From contig CALXOZ010000002.1 of the NCBI GenBank assembly GCA_944390195.1, forward strand, positions 14,380 to 78,379: a DNA stretch of 64,000 nt, given 5' to 3'. This document shows, in pieces, positions 44,309-54,799 of the stretch (position 1 is the stretch's first letter; the number at the start of each line of letters is the position of its first letter). The DNA comes from an uncultured Alphaproteobacteria bacterium. GTDB taxonomy: Bacteria; Pseudomonadota; Alphaproteobacteria; CAAGCB01; CAG-977. A model generated the notes under the pieces. It had not been told where the DNA came from. It did no database searches and was given only the letters and a program-made list of their open reading frames with translations. Both the position numbers and the translations under genes were made by a program.

Positions 44309-44967
44309 ATTATTTGCGATAACGTTTTAAAAACGGCTACGAACATTTCTGTTGTAAGCTTTCCTGTATTAACGTTGTAACGAGAAGAATGGTAAGTGTC
44401 CAATAAATTGATCTGTCGCCCGTTCCAGTCGAAAGTGTGCAAAACATTATGAGCAAACTTAAAAGCGGATTTTTTTTGTCCTAGCACGGATAATACGGCG
44501 TTATGAGCCAAGCCCCCCAAAGCCAGTATCACTTTCAGATTTGGCATGGAGCGGATCTCGTTTTCAAGGAAAGCGCCGCAACAACGAACTTCCTGTCCGG
44601 TCGGCTGATTTTGAGGGGGAACACAGCGTACGGCGTTTGTCAGTCGGGCTTTGATCAATTGAACCCCGTCATCGCAACGGGCTTGGTATGTTCCGGTTGA
44701 AAATCCGAAATCATGCAGGCAGGAATACAATAAATTTCCGGCGAAATCCCCTGTAAACGGGCGTCCTGTACGGTTGGCCCCCTTTAACCCCGGAGCCAAT
44801 CCCACAATCAGAAGAGGGGCTTGCAAGTTACCGAAAGAAGGAACGGGAGCGTTAAAAAAATCAGGATAAAGTTGTCTGTTTGTGTTTAAAAAATCAACCA
44901 ATCTGGGGCATAGATGGCATGTTTTATCAGGATTTGTAAAATTATGGCACATAATCGGTTGTTTCAT
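44305..44967 (-). CDS. uracil-DNA glycosylase superfamily protein, family 4/5 (UdgB-like)
   Basis: 'GLAPGLKGANRTGRPFTGDFAG' motif A/B region. N-terminal Cys (CHLCP) consistent with a 4Fe-4S UDG. Confidence 0.75.
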   Translation of the reverse strand: MKQPIMCHNFTNPDKTCHLCPRLVDFLNTNRQLYPDFFNAPVPSFGNLQAPLLIVGLAPGLKGANRTGRPFTGDFAGNLLYSCLHDFGFSTGTYQARCDDGVQLIKARLTNAVRCVPPQNQPTGQEVRCCGAFLENEIRSMPNLKVILALGGLAHNAVLSVLGQKKSAFKFAHNVLHTFDWNGRQINLLDTYHSSRYNVNTGKLTTEMFVAVFKTLSQII

Positions 44968-45577
44968 CCAAATTCAAATTTTCATCAATATCACGGAACA
45001 AAATTGATTGCGCTTTTGAAAAATCCGGTTCGTCCTTGTTTGAAGATTGCGGGCTGCGCGAGATATTTTGAGCCAGATCGGAAAGATCTGTAAAATGATC
45101 CGCCTGCCGCCTGAGTTCGTCAGCGACCATCGGAGGCTGAGATTGAACCGTCGATACAACTGTAACACGGACACCTTTGCGTTGAACGGCTTCGACAAGA
45201 CTTCGGAAATCACCATCTCCCGAAAACAAGATGGCATGGTCGATGCTTTCCGCTATTTCCATTAAATCGACTGCCAATTCGATATCCATGTTTCCTTTGA
45301 TTTTACGGCGTCCCGTCGCATCTGTAAATTCTTTTGTCGGCTTTGTTACCATTGTATAACCATTATAATCCAACCAGTCAACCAAAGGACGAATAGGCGA
45401 ATATTCTTGATCTTCGACAAGTGCGGTATAATAAAAAGCGCGGATCAAACGTCCTTTTGTGGAAAAAAAATCCAATAGCTTTTTATAGTCGATATCAAAT
45501 CCCAAAGCTCTTGCCGCAGCATATAAATTTGAACCGTCAATAAACAAAGCAATTCTTTCACCGGCATAACAACGCAT
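44942..45577 (-). CDS. NYN/LabA-like (DUF88) domain protein
   Basis: 'RIALFIDGSNLYAAARALGFDIDYKKLLDFF' PIN-like NYN core. Acidic C-terminal tail. Confidence 0.7.
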   Translation of the reverse strand: MRCYAGERIALFIDGSNLYAAARALGFDIDYKKLLDFFSTKGRLIRAFYYTALVEDQEYSPIRPLVDWLDYNGYTMVTKPTKEFTDATGRRKIKGNMDIELAVDLMEIAESIDHAILFSGDGDFRSLVEAVQRKGVRVTVVSTVQSQPPMVADELRRQADHFTDLSDLAQNISRSPQSSNKDEPDFSKAQSILFRDIDENLNLDETTDYVP

Positions 45578-45788
45578 TAATATAATCCTTTCAAAAATAT
45601 ATATTTTTTAAATCATCTTAACAGAATAAAACTAAAAATCAGATCTGCCAAGCTGATTTTATTTCCATAACGGATCTCAAAAAACACTTTAGTTTTAATC
45701 AGAATAAACTTGCATTTTAAAGCTGTTTGACGATATAACAGTAATCCTGAAGGATTTTGTGTACACTCTTGAATTTGAAAGTAAAAAA

Positions 45789-46178
45789 ATGGCTCGTGTT
45801 ACTGTGGAAGACTGTATTTTAAAAGTTCCAAATCGTTTTGAATTGGTTTTATTGGCGGCTCAACGTGCAAAAAATATCAGTGCAGGGGCTCCCTTAACTG
45901 TTGAACAAGACCGTGATAAAAACCCTGTCATAGCGTTGCGTGAAATTGCCGAAGAAACAATCAATCTTTCGGAATTGGAAAATACTCTGGTTACAGGTAT
46001 GCAAAAATTTGTTAAAGAGGAAGATGTTTCCGCTAATGAGGAAGAAGACATGAAAGCCGCTGATGCTGAATTGGCTGCTTTAGATGCGGAATTTTCTTAT
46101 ATTAACGATACGGAAGCCGCTGTCGAACAGGCGGGGTCTTTTGAAGTTGCCGAAGTAACTGAAGCAAATGAAGAATAA
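45789..46178 (+). CDS. rpoZ: DNA-directed RNA polymerase subunit omega
   Basis: '[30 protein letters not shown]' canonical RpoZ N-terminus. Acidic C-terminal extension. Confidence 0.9.
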   Translation: MARVTVEDCILKVPNRFELVLLAAQRAKNISAGAPLTVEQDRDKNPVIALREIAEETINLSELENTLVTGMQKFVKEEDVSANEEEDMKAADAELAALDAEFSYINDTEAAVEQAGSFEVAEVTEANEE

Positions 46179-46213
46179 TTCCGTTTCTCTTTAGCTTTAA
46201 AGGGAAGGTAGGT

Positions 46214-48364
46214 ATGCTGAGGCAGTTTGAGCTGGTTGAACGTGTCCGGTCTTATGATCCGGACGTTGATGAAGAAGGGTTGGACAGAGCGTATGTTTTT
46301 GCCGTTAAAATGCACGGTTCCCAGAAACGCGCCTCAGGCGATCCGTATTTTTCTCATCCTGTCGAAGTTGCCGGTATTCTGACAGAATATAAGTTGGATT
46401 ACGCCTCTATCGTAACAGCATTGTTGCATGATACGATAGAGGATACAGCAGCTTCTTATGACGACATCAAGCAAATGTTCGGAGAAGAAGTTGCAAAACT
46501 GGTTGAAGGCGTTACGAAATTAAGCCGTATCCAATTGCAATCGGATCAAACGAAACAAGCTGAAAATTTTCGCAAGCTTTTGCTTGCCATGTCGGAAGAT
46601 ATTCGCGTTCTGTTGGTGAAGTTGGCAGATCGGGTTCATAATATGCGCACTTTGCAATATCATAAAAAACCCGAAAAACGCCAACGCATCGCTCGCGAGA
46701 CAATGGAAATCTATGCCCCCTTGGCGGAACGCATCGGCATGCAGGAAATGAAAAACGAACTGGAAGAACTCGCTTTCAAAGAATTGTATCCGGAAGCTTA
46801 TGAATCCATAAACGTTCGTTTGTCTTTTTTGCGTGAACAGGGGGGGGATCTTGTCGCACGCATTATAGAAACATTGAAAAACGACCTGCAAGACTCCGGC
46901 ATTCAATGCGAAGTAACGGGAAGGGAAAAATCCCCTTATTCAATTTGGCGGAAAATGCAGCGCCAAAATGCAACGTTTGAACAGCTCTCTGATATTATGG
47001 CTTTTCGCGTCATTGTTCCGACTGTTGCGGATTGTTATCACGTTTTAGGGATTATCCATACGAAATATCCGATGGTTCCCGGACGTTATAAGGATTATAT
47101 TTCCACGCCCAAGCCAAACGGTTACAAGTCTTTGCATACAGGGGTGATCGGACCGGAAAAACATCGTATTGAAATCCAGATCCGTACACGGGAAATGCAC
47201 GAAATTGCAGAAATAGGTTTGGCAGCCCATTGGCGTTACAAACAAGGCGATTATAAAACAGACGGTCGACAATTCGCTTGGTTGAGGGAATTGTTGGACA
47301 TTATGGAACAATCTGACAATCCTGAAGAGTTTCTGGAACATACAAAAATGGAAATGTATCAGGATCAGGTTTTTTGCTTTTCCCCGAAGGGCGACTTGAT
47401 CACTTTGCCTAAAAATGCGACAGCCATTGATTTTGCATATGCAGTGCATTCAGGGGTTGGGAACAAATGTGTCGGTGTGAAAATAAACGGGAAGATCCGT
47501 CCGTTGCGAACGGTTTTAACGAACGGCGATCAGGTCGAAATATTGACATCAAAGACACAGACACCGTCTCCGGAATGGGAGCGTTTTGCTGTAACGGGAA
47601 AAGCGCGGGCGGCTATCAGACGTTTCGTAAGGGCTCAAAAACGGGAGCAATACTTGGAAGTCGGACGCCAGATATTGATCCGTTCTTATAAAGCGGAAGG
47701 TTACGAGTATTCGGATAAAAGTTTGGAAAACGTTTTAACGAATTTCAAACAGGCGACGGTTGAAGATTTGATTGCCGCTGTTGGTGAAGGGGTCATTCAA
47801 CCCAACGATGTCGTGGAATCAGTTTTTCCGGGACATAAATCCCGTTTCGTTCGTGTTGTTGACGCCATAAAGCGTGGTGCGAAGAAGATCAGCGATAAAA
47901 GCCCAGACAAAAAACAAAGTCCGATTAAAGGGTTGATCCCTGGTTTGGCAATTAATTTCGCAAAGTGTTGCCATCCGTTACCGGGGGATCGCATCGTTGG
48001 TATCGTTACGACGGGAAAAGGCGTAACGATCCATACGATTGATTGCGTAACGTTGGAAAGATTTTCCGGTGAACCGGAACGTTGGTTGGATGTTTCTTGG
48101 AATGAGGAAGTTACTTCCGCCGAAAGCCATGTTTCCCGATTGCGTATTGTTTTGGTTAATCAACCGGGCAGTCTGGGGACTTTGTCGAATGTGATTGCAA
48201 AAAATCACGGGAATATTGCGAACTTGAACATTTTGGAAAGGACGCCCAGTTTTTTTGATTTAAGTGTTGATGTTGAAGTTCACGATGTCCGTCATTTGAA
48301 TGATATTATGGCCGCTTTACGAGCCAGTCCGGGGATCAGCTCAGTACGTCGGGCGCAAGATTGA
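46214..48364 (+). CDS. spoT: bifunctional (p)ppGpp synthetase/hydrolase (RSH; SpoT/RelA)
   Basis: 716 aa with HD hydrolase (HGSQKRASGDPYFSHP), synthetase, TGS and ACT domains. Confidence 0.93.
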   Translation: MLRQFELVERVRSYDPDVDEEGLDRAYVFAVKMHGSQKRASGDPYFSHPVEVAGILTEYKLDYASIVTALLHDTIEDTAASYDDIKQMFGEEVAKLVEGVTKLSRIQLQSDQTKQAENFRKLLLAMSEDIRVLLVKLADRVHNMRTLQYHKKPEKRQRIARETMEIYAPLAERIGMQEMKNELEELAFKELYPEAYESINVRLSFLREQGGDLVARIIETLKNDLQDSGIQCEVTGREKSPYSIWRKMQRQNATFEQLSDIMAFRVIVPTVADCYHVLGIIHTKYPMVPGRYKDYISTPKPNGYKSLHTGVIGPEKHRIEIQIRTREMHEIAEIGLAAHWRYKQGDYKTDGRQFAWLRELLDIMEQSDNPEEFLEHTKMEMYQDQVFCFSPKGDLITLPKNATAIDFAYAVHSGVGNKCVGVKINGKIRPLRTVLTNGDQVEILTSKTQTPSPEWERFAVTGKARAAIRRFVRAQKREQYLEVGRQILIRSYKAEGYEYSDKSLENVLTNFKQATVEDLIAAVGEGVIQPNDVVESVFPGHKSRFVRVVDAIKRGAKKISDKSPDKKQSPIKGLIPGLAINFAKCCHPLPGDRIVGIVTTGKGVTIHTIDCVTLERFSGEPERWLDVSWNEEVTSAESHVSRLRIVLVNQPGSLGTLSNVIAKNHGNIANLNILERTPSFFDLSVDVEVHDVRHLNDIMAALRASPGISSVRRAQD

Positions 48365-48365
48365 C

Positions 48366-48776
48366 ATGATTATTGGTGTGGGAACGGATCTGGTCGATAT
48401 CAGACGGATACAACATTGTATTGAACGTTTCGGATCGGTTTTTTGTAACAGGATTTATACACAGGCAGAACAGATTGTATGTGAAAGCCGTATAGGCAAA
48501 AAACGCTTTTGCGCTTATGCAATGCGTTTTGCGGCGAAAGAGGCTTGTTCCAAGGCTTTGGGGACGGGGATAAGACAGGGTGTTTTTTGGCGTGATATGG
48601 AAAATGGGAATTTACGGAGCGGTCAACCGGTTATGAATTTAAAGGCTGGAGCATTAAGACGTTTAAATTCTTTGATCCCTGAAGGCTTTAAACCGCAAAT
48701 TAATGTTTCTTTGACAGATGAATATCCCTATGCTATGGCGTTTGTCATTATCAGTGCGGAATTGAACGAAAGATAA
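48366..48776 (+). CDS. acpS: holo-[acyl-carrier-protein] synthase
   Basis: 'MIIGVGTDLVDIRRI' AcpS N-terminus. Immediately follows spoT; pdxJ, usually between them in alphaproteobacteria, is absent. Confidence 0.85.
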   Translation: MIIGVGTDLVDIRRIQHCIERFGSVFCNRIYTQAEQIVCESRIGKKRFCAYAMRFAAKEACSKALGTGIRQGVFWRDMENGNLRSGQPVMNLKAGALRRLNSLIPEGFKPQINVSLTDEYPYAMAFVIISAELNER

Positions 48777-48780
48777 GATC

Positions 48781-49521
48781 ATGGAAGAAAAAAATACACA
48801 AGGCGGATTTTGGGAAACGGTCAGGATTTTTATTTATTCGGCTCTTATTGCTTTGTTTGTGCGAACCGTTTTTGCAGAACCGTTTAATATTCCATCGGGT
48901 TCGATGATACCGACGTTACTGGTCGGAGATTATTTGTTTGTTTCAAAAATGTCTTACGGTTACAGCCGTCATTCTTTGCCTTACAGTCTGCCCTTGATTA
49001 AAGGCCGTTTGTTCTATGAAGAACCTAAACGCGGAGATGTGTTGGTTTTTAAGATGCCTTCCGACAATAAGACGGATTATATTAAACGTTTGATCGGTCT
49101 TCCCGGAGACAAAGTTCAAATGAAAAACGGGCGTTTGTTTATCAATGGTAATATGGTTGAACGTCAAAGCGAAGGCGAATATGTTATGCGTGATGATTCG
49201 GGAAAGGCATTGCGCTTTAAAAAGTATACTGAAATTTTACCTGAAGGCGTAAAACATTCGATTTTAGAAGCTTCGGATTCTTCCATGTTTGACAATACGG
49301 AAGAATTCACCGTTCCAGAGGATCATTTTTTCATGATGGGGGACAACAGGGATAATTCTTTGGATAGCCGGTCGATAAAAGTCGGTTTTGTCCCGAAAGT
49401 CAATCTGGTGGGTAAGGCGAAATTTTTGTTTTTTTCAAATGACGGGTCGGCGGCTTGGTGGCAAATTTGGAAATGGCCGATGGCTGTGCGTTGGAAACGT
49501 TTATTTCGTGGTATAAAGTGA
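48781..49521 (+). CDS. lepB: signal peptidase I
   Basis: 'PSGSMIPTLLVGDYLFVSK' (catalytic Ser box), 'KRLIGLPGD', 'GDNRDNSLDSR'. Confidence 0.92.
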   Translation: MEEKNTQGGFWETVRIFIYSALIALFVRTVFAEPFNIPSGSMIPTLLVGDYLFVSKMSYGYSRHSLPYSLPLIKGRLFYEEPKRGDVLVFKMPSDNKTDYIKRLIGLPGDKVQMKNGRLFINGNMVERQSEGEYVMRDDSGKALRFKKYTEILPEGVKHSILEASDSSMFDNTEEFTVPEDHFFMMGDNRDNSLDSRSIKVGFVPKVNLVGKAKFLFFSNDGSAAWWQIWKWPMAVRWKRLFRGIK

Positions 49522-50183
49522 TGGGAAATTATACGGATCTTTACCCTCTTTTAGGATATTCCTTTAAAAAAGGGAAACTGCTCAAACAGGCATTGACCTT
49601 AGGGTTCGGAAATCATTTTTCCGGCTATGAGCGCTTGGAATTCTTAGGAGACCGTGTTCTGGGTGTTGTAATAGCCGAAATGCTTTACTGTCATTTTCCA
49701 AATGAAAATGAAGGTGATCTGGCACGTCGTTTTTCCGATTTGACACGGGCGGAAACATTGGCTTTGATTGCTCTAAAATTGAAATTTGACAAGCATCTGT
49801 TTTTGGCAAGCCCTTCAAACAAGCCTGATATAACGAAAGCGGTTTTATCCGATGTGTGCGAAGCCGTTATAGCCGCGTTATTTTTAGATGGCGGTTTTGA
49901 TGTGGCGCGTCAATTTGTTGTGCGTTATTGGTCGGAACAAATGAATATGTTTACAGCACCTCCGGTTGATTCAAAAACGAAATTGCAAGAATGGGCACAA
50001 GCAAGAGCCTTACCTTTGCCGCAATATACACAATTAGACCGGACAGGCCCCGATCATGAACCGCTCTTTACTATGCAGGTTTGTGTTAACGGTTATGAAC
50101 CTGTATGCGCAAAAGGAAAATCCAAACGTGAAGCTTGTCAGTTGGCGGCGGCAGAGTTATTAAAAAGGTTGGAAGGCAAATGA
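49521..50183 (+). CDS. rnc: ribonuclease III
   Basis: 'ERLEFLGDRVLGVVIAEMLY' RNase III signature plus a C-terminal dsRBD. The start overlaps the lepB stop by 1 nt. Confidence 0.92.
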   Translation: MGNYTDLYPLLGYSFKKGKLLKQALTLGFGNHFSGYERLEFLGDRVLGVVIAEMLYCHFPNENEGDLARRFSDLTRAETLALIALKLKFDKHLFLASPSNKPDITKAVLSDVCEAVIAALFLDGGFDVARQFVVRYWSEQMNMFTAPPVDSKTKLQEWAQARALPLPQYTQLDRTGPDHEPLFTMQVCVNGYEPVCAKGKSKREACQLAAAELLKRLEGK

Positions 50184-51079
50184 CTGACATTGAAACGAAA
50201 TGCGGCTTTGTTACGTTATTGGGGGCTTCAAACGCCGGCAAATCGACATTGGTGAATTATATGGTCGGAACAAAGGTGTCCATTGTAACACCGAAAGTTC
50301 AAACGACACGATCACTTGTGCGCGGTATTTTTGTAAAAGACAACTGTGAAATCGTGTTAGTGGATACGCCGGGCATTTTCAAACCGAAACGCCGTTTGGA
50401 CAGAGCCATGATCGCAGCTGCATGGCAAGAAGCTGAATATACGGATATGCGGTTGTTATTGGTGGATGCCAAACGCGGTGAAAATGACGACACATATTCA
50501 ATCATTGATTCTTTGAATAAGAACAAACAGCGTTCTGTTTTGGTTTTAAACAAATCCGATCTTGTAAAGCAGGACAAGTTATTAAAGTTATCCGAGAAAT
50601 TGAATAAAGCTGGATTTTTTTGCGAAACTTTTATTCTTTCCGCAATGACAGGGGAAGGGGTTGGACAGTTGGAAGATTATTTAATTTCCAATATGCCAGT
50701 CGGTCCTTTTATGTTTCCTGAAGATCAGGTTTCGGATTTGCCGAACCGGCTGTTAGCGGCGGAGATCACTCGGGAAAAGCTTTACATGAACCTTAATCAG
50801 GAGCTGCCATACATCAGTACTGTGCAAACGGATTCATTCAAAGAAAACGGGAATGCAATCCGCATAGATCAAACGATATATGTTGAAAAACCTAACCAGA
50901 AACAGATTGTTTTGGGCAGACACGGATCAATGATAAAAAAAATCGGCATGCAGTCGAGGGAAGAATTAGAAAAGTTGTTTGATTGTCGTGTCCATTTGTT
51001 TTTATTTGTCAAAGTTCGAGACAGATGGACGGAAAATCCCGAGCATTATCGTGATTGGGGATTGGATTTTAATGCCTGA
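50180..51079 (+). CDS. era: GTPase Era
   Basis: G1 'GASNAGKST', 'DTPG', 'NKSD', C-terminal KH domain. ATGA overlap with rnc. Confidence 0.92.
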   Translation: MTDIETKCGFVTLLGASNAGKSTLVNYMVGTKVSIVTPKVQTTRSLVRGIFVKDNCEIVLVDTPGIFKPKRRLDRAMIAAAWQEAEYTDMRLLLVDAKRGENDDTYSIIDSLNKNKQRSVLVLNKSDLVKQDKLLKLSEKLNKAGFFCETFILSAMTGEGVGQLEDYLISNMPVGPFMFPEDQVSDLPNRLLAAEITREKLYMNLNQELPYISTVQTDSFKENGNAIRIDQTIYVEKPNQKQIVLGRHGSMIKKIGMQSREELEKLFDCRVHLFLFVKVRDRWTENPEHYRDWGLDFNA

Positions 51080-51821
51080 ATGGTTTGATAATGCTATTAT
51101 CATCAGTGTTAAGAAATTCGGGGAACAAGACGGTATCATTTCTTTTTTGACAGGAAATCATGGTCGGTATGTCGGGCTATGTAAAGGGGCTTTTTCAAAA
51201 AGACTGGTTGGAACCGTCCAGCTTGGGAACTTGGTACAAATAAAATGGAATGCGCGTTTGGAAGAACATTTGGGCAAGGTGAAAGTCGAATTGGAAAGTG
51301 CTTATGCCTCACGTTTTTTTTCAGATTCCGGACGTTTACTGACATTATCCTGTTTATGCGGGATGTGCTCTTTATTGCCGGAACGCGAGAATGTAACAGA
51401 TTTTTTTGAAAAGACATTACAACAAATTATTTTGTTGGAAACCGAAAATTTTCAGGAACGTTACGCTAGATGGGAAGTGGAGTTGTTAAAAACATTAGGT
51501 TTCGGATTGGACTTATCTTCCTGCGCTTTGACAGGGACAACAGAGGATTTGGTTTACGTTTCTCCAAGAACAGGGCGGGCAGTATGTCGTTCGGCGGGGT
51601 TGGCTTGGAAAGATAGATTATTACCTTTACCCACGTTCCTGAAAGCTGATAATCTGGCTGCAAGTAATACTCTGGAAGTAAAAAAAGCTTTAGATTTAAC
51701 AGGATTTTTCCTTGAAAATCATGTTTCAAAAACGCTAGACTGCTCTATTCCGGCAGTCAGACGACGATTGGTTTATTATTTACAAACGAACAGACTTGTT
51801 TCAGGTGTTGAAAATGAATGA
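51072..51821 (+). CDS. recO: DNA repair protein RecO
   Basis: N-terminal OB fold (…IISVKKFGEQDGIISFLTGNHGRYVGL…) and C-terminal Cys cluster. Overlaps the era stop. Confidence 0.85.
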   Translation: MPEWFDNAIIISVKKFGEQDGIISFLTGNHGRYVGLCKGAFSKRLVGTVQLGNLVQIKWNARLEEHLGKVKVELESAYASRFFSDSGRLLTLSCLCGMCSLLPERENVTDFFEKTLQQIILLETENFQERYARWEVELLKTLGFGLDLSSCALTGTTEDLVYVSPRTGRAVCRSAGLAWKDRLLPLPTFLKADNLAASNTLEVKKALDLTGFFLENHVSKTLDCSIPAVRRRLVYYLQTNRLVSGVENE

Positions 51822-54030
51822 AAGTGAACAAATAAAAGAGACAAAAATGGCGGAAGCTTTGGCTGAACGCTATCTTGCTTATGCGATGTCAACAATTGTC
51901 TCCCGTTCATTGCCGGACGTGCGCGATGGGTTGAAACCAGTTCATCGCCGGTTGTTATATGCCATGAACGCACTGCATTTAGATCCTGAATCCGGATTTA
52001 AAAAATGTGCGCGTGTCGTCGGAGACGTTATTGGTAAATACCATCCTCACGGAGATACCGCCGTTTATGAAACAATGGTTCGTTTGGCTCAAGATTTCGC
52101 CGTTCGCTATCCTTTGGTTGAAGGACAAGGAAATTTCGGCAATATTGACGGAGACAGTGCCGCAGCCATGCGTTATACGGAAGCGCGCTTGACCGAAGTT
52201 GCCAAAGCTATTATGGACGGATTGAATGACGGTACGGTTGATTTCCGTCCGACGTATTCGGGGGAAGATATAGAACCTGTGATCATGCCATGCGCTTTTC
52301 CTAATTTGTTGGCGAACGGGTCGGCTGGAATTGCTGTCGGTATGGCAACGAATATAGCTCCGCATAATGTCGGAGAGCTTGCCGACGGATTGCAGTTGTT
52401 GATAAAAAAGCCGGATTGCAGTGTTGACGATTTGATGAAATTCATTCATGGACCGGATTTCCCGACGGGAGGGGAAATTGTTGAGCCATATGAAACTTTG
52501 TTGAAAATATACCAAACCGGACGCGGGGCAATGCGTGTCAGAGCAAAATGGGAAAAAGACGAACTGTCCCACGGTATGTATCAGATTATTGTTACCGAAA
52601 TTCCTTATATGGTGAAAAAATCGGAATTGATCAGTAAGACGGCTAAATTGTTATTAGAAAAAAAACTACCCTTTTTGGCCGATATCCGAGATGAATCCGC
52701 TGAAAACGTCCGTATTGTTTTGGAACCCAAAAACCGTAATATCGAACCTGAACAATTAATGGCTCATCTGTTCCGTTTGACCGATATGCAAGTCAATTTC
52801 AGTATGAATATGAATGTATTGGATAAAGACGGTGTACCGCGTGTAATGAATTTAAAACAGATTTTGCAGGCTTTTCTCGATCATCGACAAGAAGTCCTGA
52901 TCCGGCGTTCCAAGTTCCGGTTGGATAAGATCAATCATCGCATGGAAGTTTTGGAAGGATTTTTAATCGCCTTTTTAAATCTGGACGAAGTCATTCGTAT
53001 TATTCGTGAAGAAGATGATCCGAAAACGTCTTTGATGAAAGCGTTTCATTTGACGGAAGTCCAAACGGAGGCGATTCTGAATATGCGTTTACGATCCTTG
53101 CGCAAACTTGAAGAATTTCAAATCAAGTCCGAACATGAAGAATTGGCTGCCGAAAAAGAAAAATTAGAAGCTTTATTGAATAATGAAATGTTGAGATGGA
53201 AAGAAATTTCATCAGAAATTTCTTTAATGAAAAAAAAGTTCGGGCAGGGGACAAAACTCGGGAAACGGCGCACGGTCATATCTGGAGCTCCAGAGGAAAT
53301 TGAAATTCCTTTGGAAGCATTAATCGAACGTGAACCAATTACAGTTATTTTATCTGAAAAAGGGTGGATCAGGTCTGTAAAAGGACACATTCAATTAGAT
53401 GACGATATCAAATTCAAAGAAGGCGATCGGTTACAATGCGGCCTTCAAGCTCAAACGACGGATAAGATTTTAATGTTTGCAACAAACGGTCGATGTTATA
53501 CTTTGTCTGCCGATAAATTGCCTCGGGGCAGAGGGTTTGGAGAACCTGTCAGATTGTCGATAGATTTGCCAGAAGAAGATGAAATCATTTCTATGACGAT
53601 TTTTCACTCTGGAGAAAAAAGGCTAGTTCTTTCCAAAAAAGGGAAAGGATTTATTATTAAAGAAGACGATTTACTTGCGCAAACGAGAAACGGCAAGATC
53701 GTTTTAAATTTGATGCCGCAAGACAAAGCCTATCTTAACTTACCGGTAAAAGGGGATACTGTCGCCGTTATCGGAGACAATCGAAAGTTATTGATTTTTG
53801 ACTTGTCCGAAATTCCGGAAATGACACGAGGGCAAGGGGTGTTCGTTCAAAAATATCCTAAAGGTGTTGGTTTGTCAGACATAAAGTTGTTTAATAAAGC
53901 TGATGGATTAGCCTATCCTTGTGGTGGGGGGACAAGAATAGAAACAAACTTGCTGGGGTGGATCGGACATCGCGCTCAAATAGGAAAATTGCCACCTGTG
54001 GGCTTTCCTAAAAGCAATAAGTTTTCATAA
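51814..54030 (+). CDS. parC: DNA topoisomerase IV subunit A
   Basis: GyrA/ParC N-terminal breakage-reunion domain (…[28 protein letters not shown]…). C-terminal beta-pinwheel lacking the GyrA box, hence ParC. The paralog gyrA (58545-61334) carries QRRGGKG. Confidence 0.88.
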   Translation: MNESEQIKETKMAEALAERYLAYAMSTIVSRSLPDVRDGLKPVHRRLLYAMNALHLDPESGFKKCARVVGDVIGKYHPHGDTAVYETMVRLAQDFAVRYPLVEGQGNFGNIDGDSAAAMRYTEARLTEVAKAIMDGLNDGTVDFRPTYSGEDIEPVIMPCAFPNLLANGSAGIAVGMATNIAPHNVGELADGLQLLIKKPDCSVDDLMKFIHGPDFPTGGEIVEPYETLLKIYQTGRGAMRVRAKWEKDELSHGMYQIIVTEIPYMVKKSELISKTAKLLLEKKLPFLADIRDESAENVRIVLEPKNRNIEPEQLMAHLFRLTDMQVNFSMNMNVLDKDGVPRVMNLKQILQAFLDHRQEVLIRRSKFRLDKINHRMEVLEGFLIAFLNLDEVIRIIREEDDPKTSLMKAFHLTEVQTEAILNMRLRSLRKLEEFQIKSEHEELAAEKEKLEALLNNEMLRWKEISSEISLMKKKFGQGTKLGKRRTVISGAPEEIEIPLEALIEREPITVILSEKGWIRSVKGHIQLDDDIKFKEGDRLQCGLQAQTTDKILMFATNGRCYTLSADKLPRGRGFGEPVRLSIDLPEEDEIISMTIFHSGEKRLVLSKKGKGFIIKEDDLLAQTRNGKIVLNLMPQDKAYLNLPVKGDTVAVIGDNRKLLIFDLSEIPEMTRGQGVFVQKYPKGVGLSDIKLFNKADGLAYPCGGGTRIETNLLGWIGHRAQIGKLPPVGFPKSNKFS

Positions 54031-54066
54031 CATCATTTCGTATTAAAAAAAAGGACGCGCATCGTT

Positions 54067-54618
54067 ATGCGTAAAATAGATGTAATATTATTGTTTGTTT
54101 TTTTGTTTTTTACGACATTTCCCTGTTTTGCGGATACTCAAAAGGAAGGGACATTTGATTTTTTGGAAAAAGATATAAAAAAAATATTAATATCAAAAGA
54201 CTGGGATATTTATCTGCCGGTTAACACATGGCACAACCGTGAAATGTATGATAAGAAAAAAACGGATTCTTATAATGAAAAACCGTGGGGGTTCGGTTTC
54301 GGAAAACATATTTATGAAGACGATATCTTACGTGGATTGTATTTTATGGTTTTCAGTGATTCTCACAGCAAACCGGAACCGATCTTAGGTTATTTGCGAC
54401 AATGGAATTATTATTTTGATGAAAACAAAGATTTCTCTGTCGGAGCCGGATATACTCTAGGCGTTACATTCAGAGACGATTACAATTATTTACCGATACC
54501 TGTCATTTTGCCGATTTTTGGCTTTCAATATAAAAAACTGGCTGTTCAAGCGACATACATTCCAGGGCCGTATAATATGTTCAACGTATTGTTTACTTGG
54601 GTCAGAATTGAGCTGTGA
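54067..54618 (+). CDS. pagP: lipid A palmitoyltransferase PagP
   Basis: 183 aa with signal peptide. '…LPVNTWHNREMYDKKKTDSYNEKPWGFGFG…YTLGVTFRDDYNYLPIPVILP…TYIPGPYNMFNVLFTW…' is collinear with E. coli PagP (…[30 protein letters not shown]…TYIPGTYNNGNVYFAW…). Confidence 0.85.
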   Translation: MRKIDVILLFVFLFFTTFPCFADTQKEGTFDFLEKDIKKILISKDWDIYLPVNTWHNREMYDKKKTDSYNEKPWGFGFGKHIYEDDILRGLYFMVFSDSHSKPEPILGYLRQWNYYFDENKDFSVGAGYTLGVTFRDDYNYLPIPVILPIFGFQYKKLAVQATYIPGPYNMFNVLFTWVRIEL

Positions 54619-54799
54619 AAAAATAAGAAAATTTTTCATTATCGTATCGTAGGAAAACATATCTTTTATTTGAAGCGAAATATTTATCTTATTTTTTCAA
54701 AAAGATTGCTGTTGATCATTTCTAGGTGGGCATTATTAAGTAATTCAAAATTATAAAAATGATTCTATCATAAGTGGAAAAATCGATCATACGCTTTTA

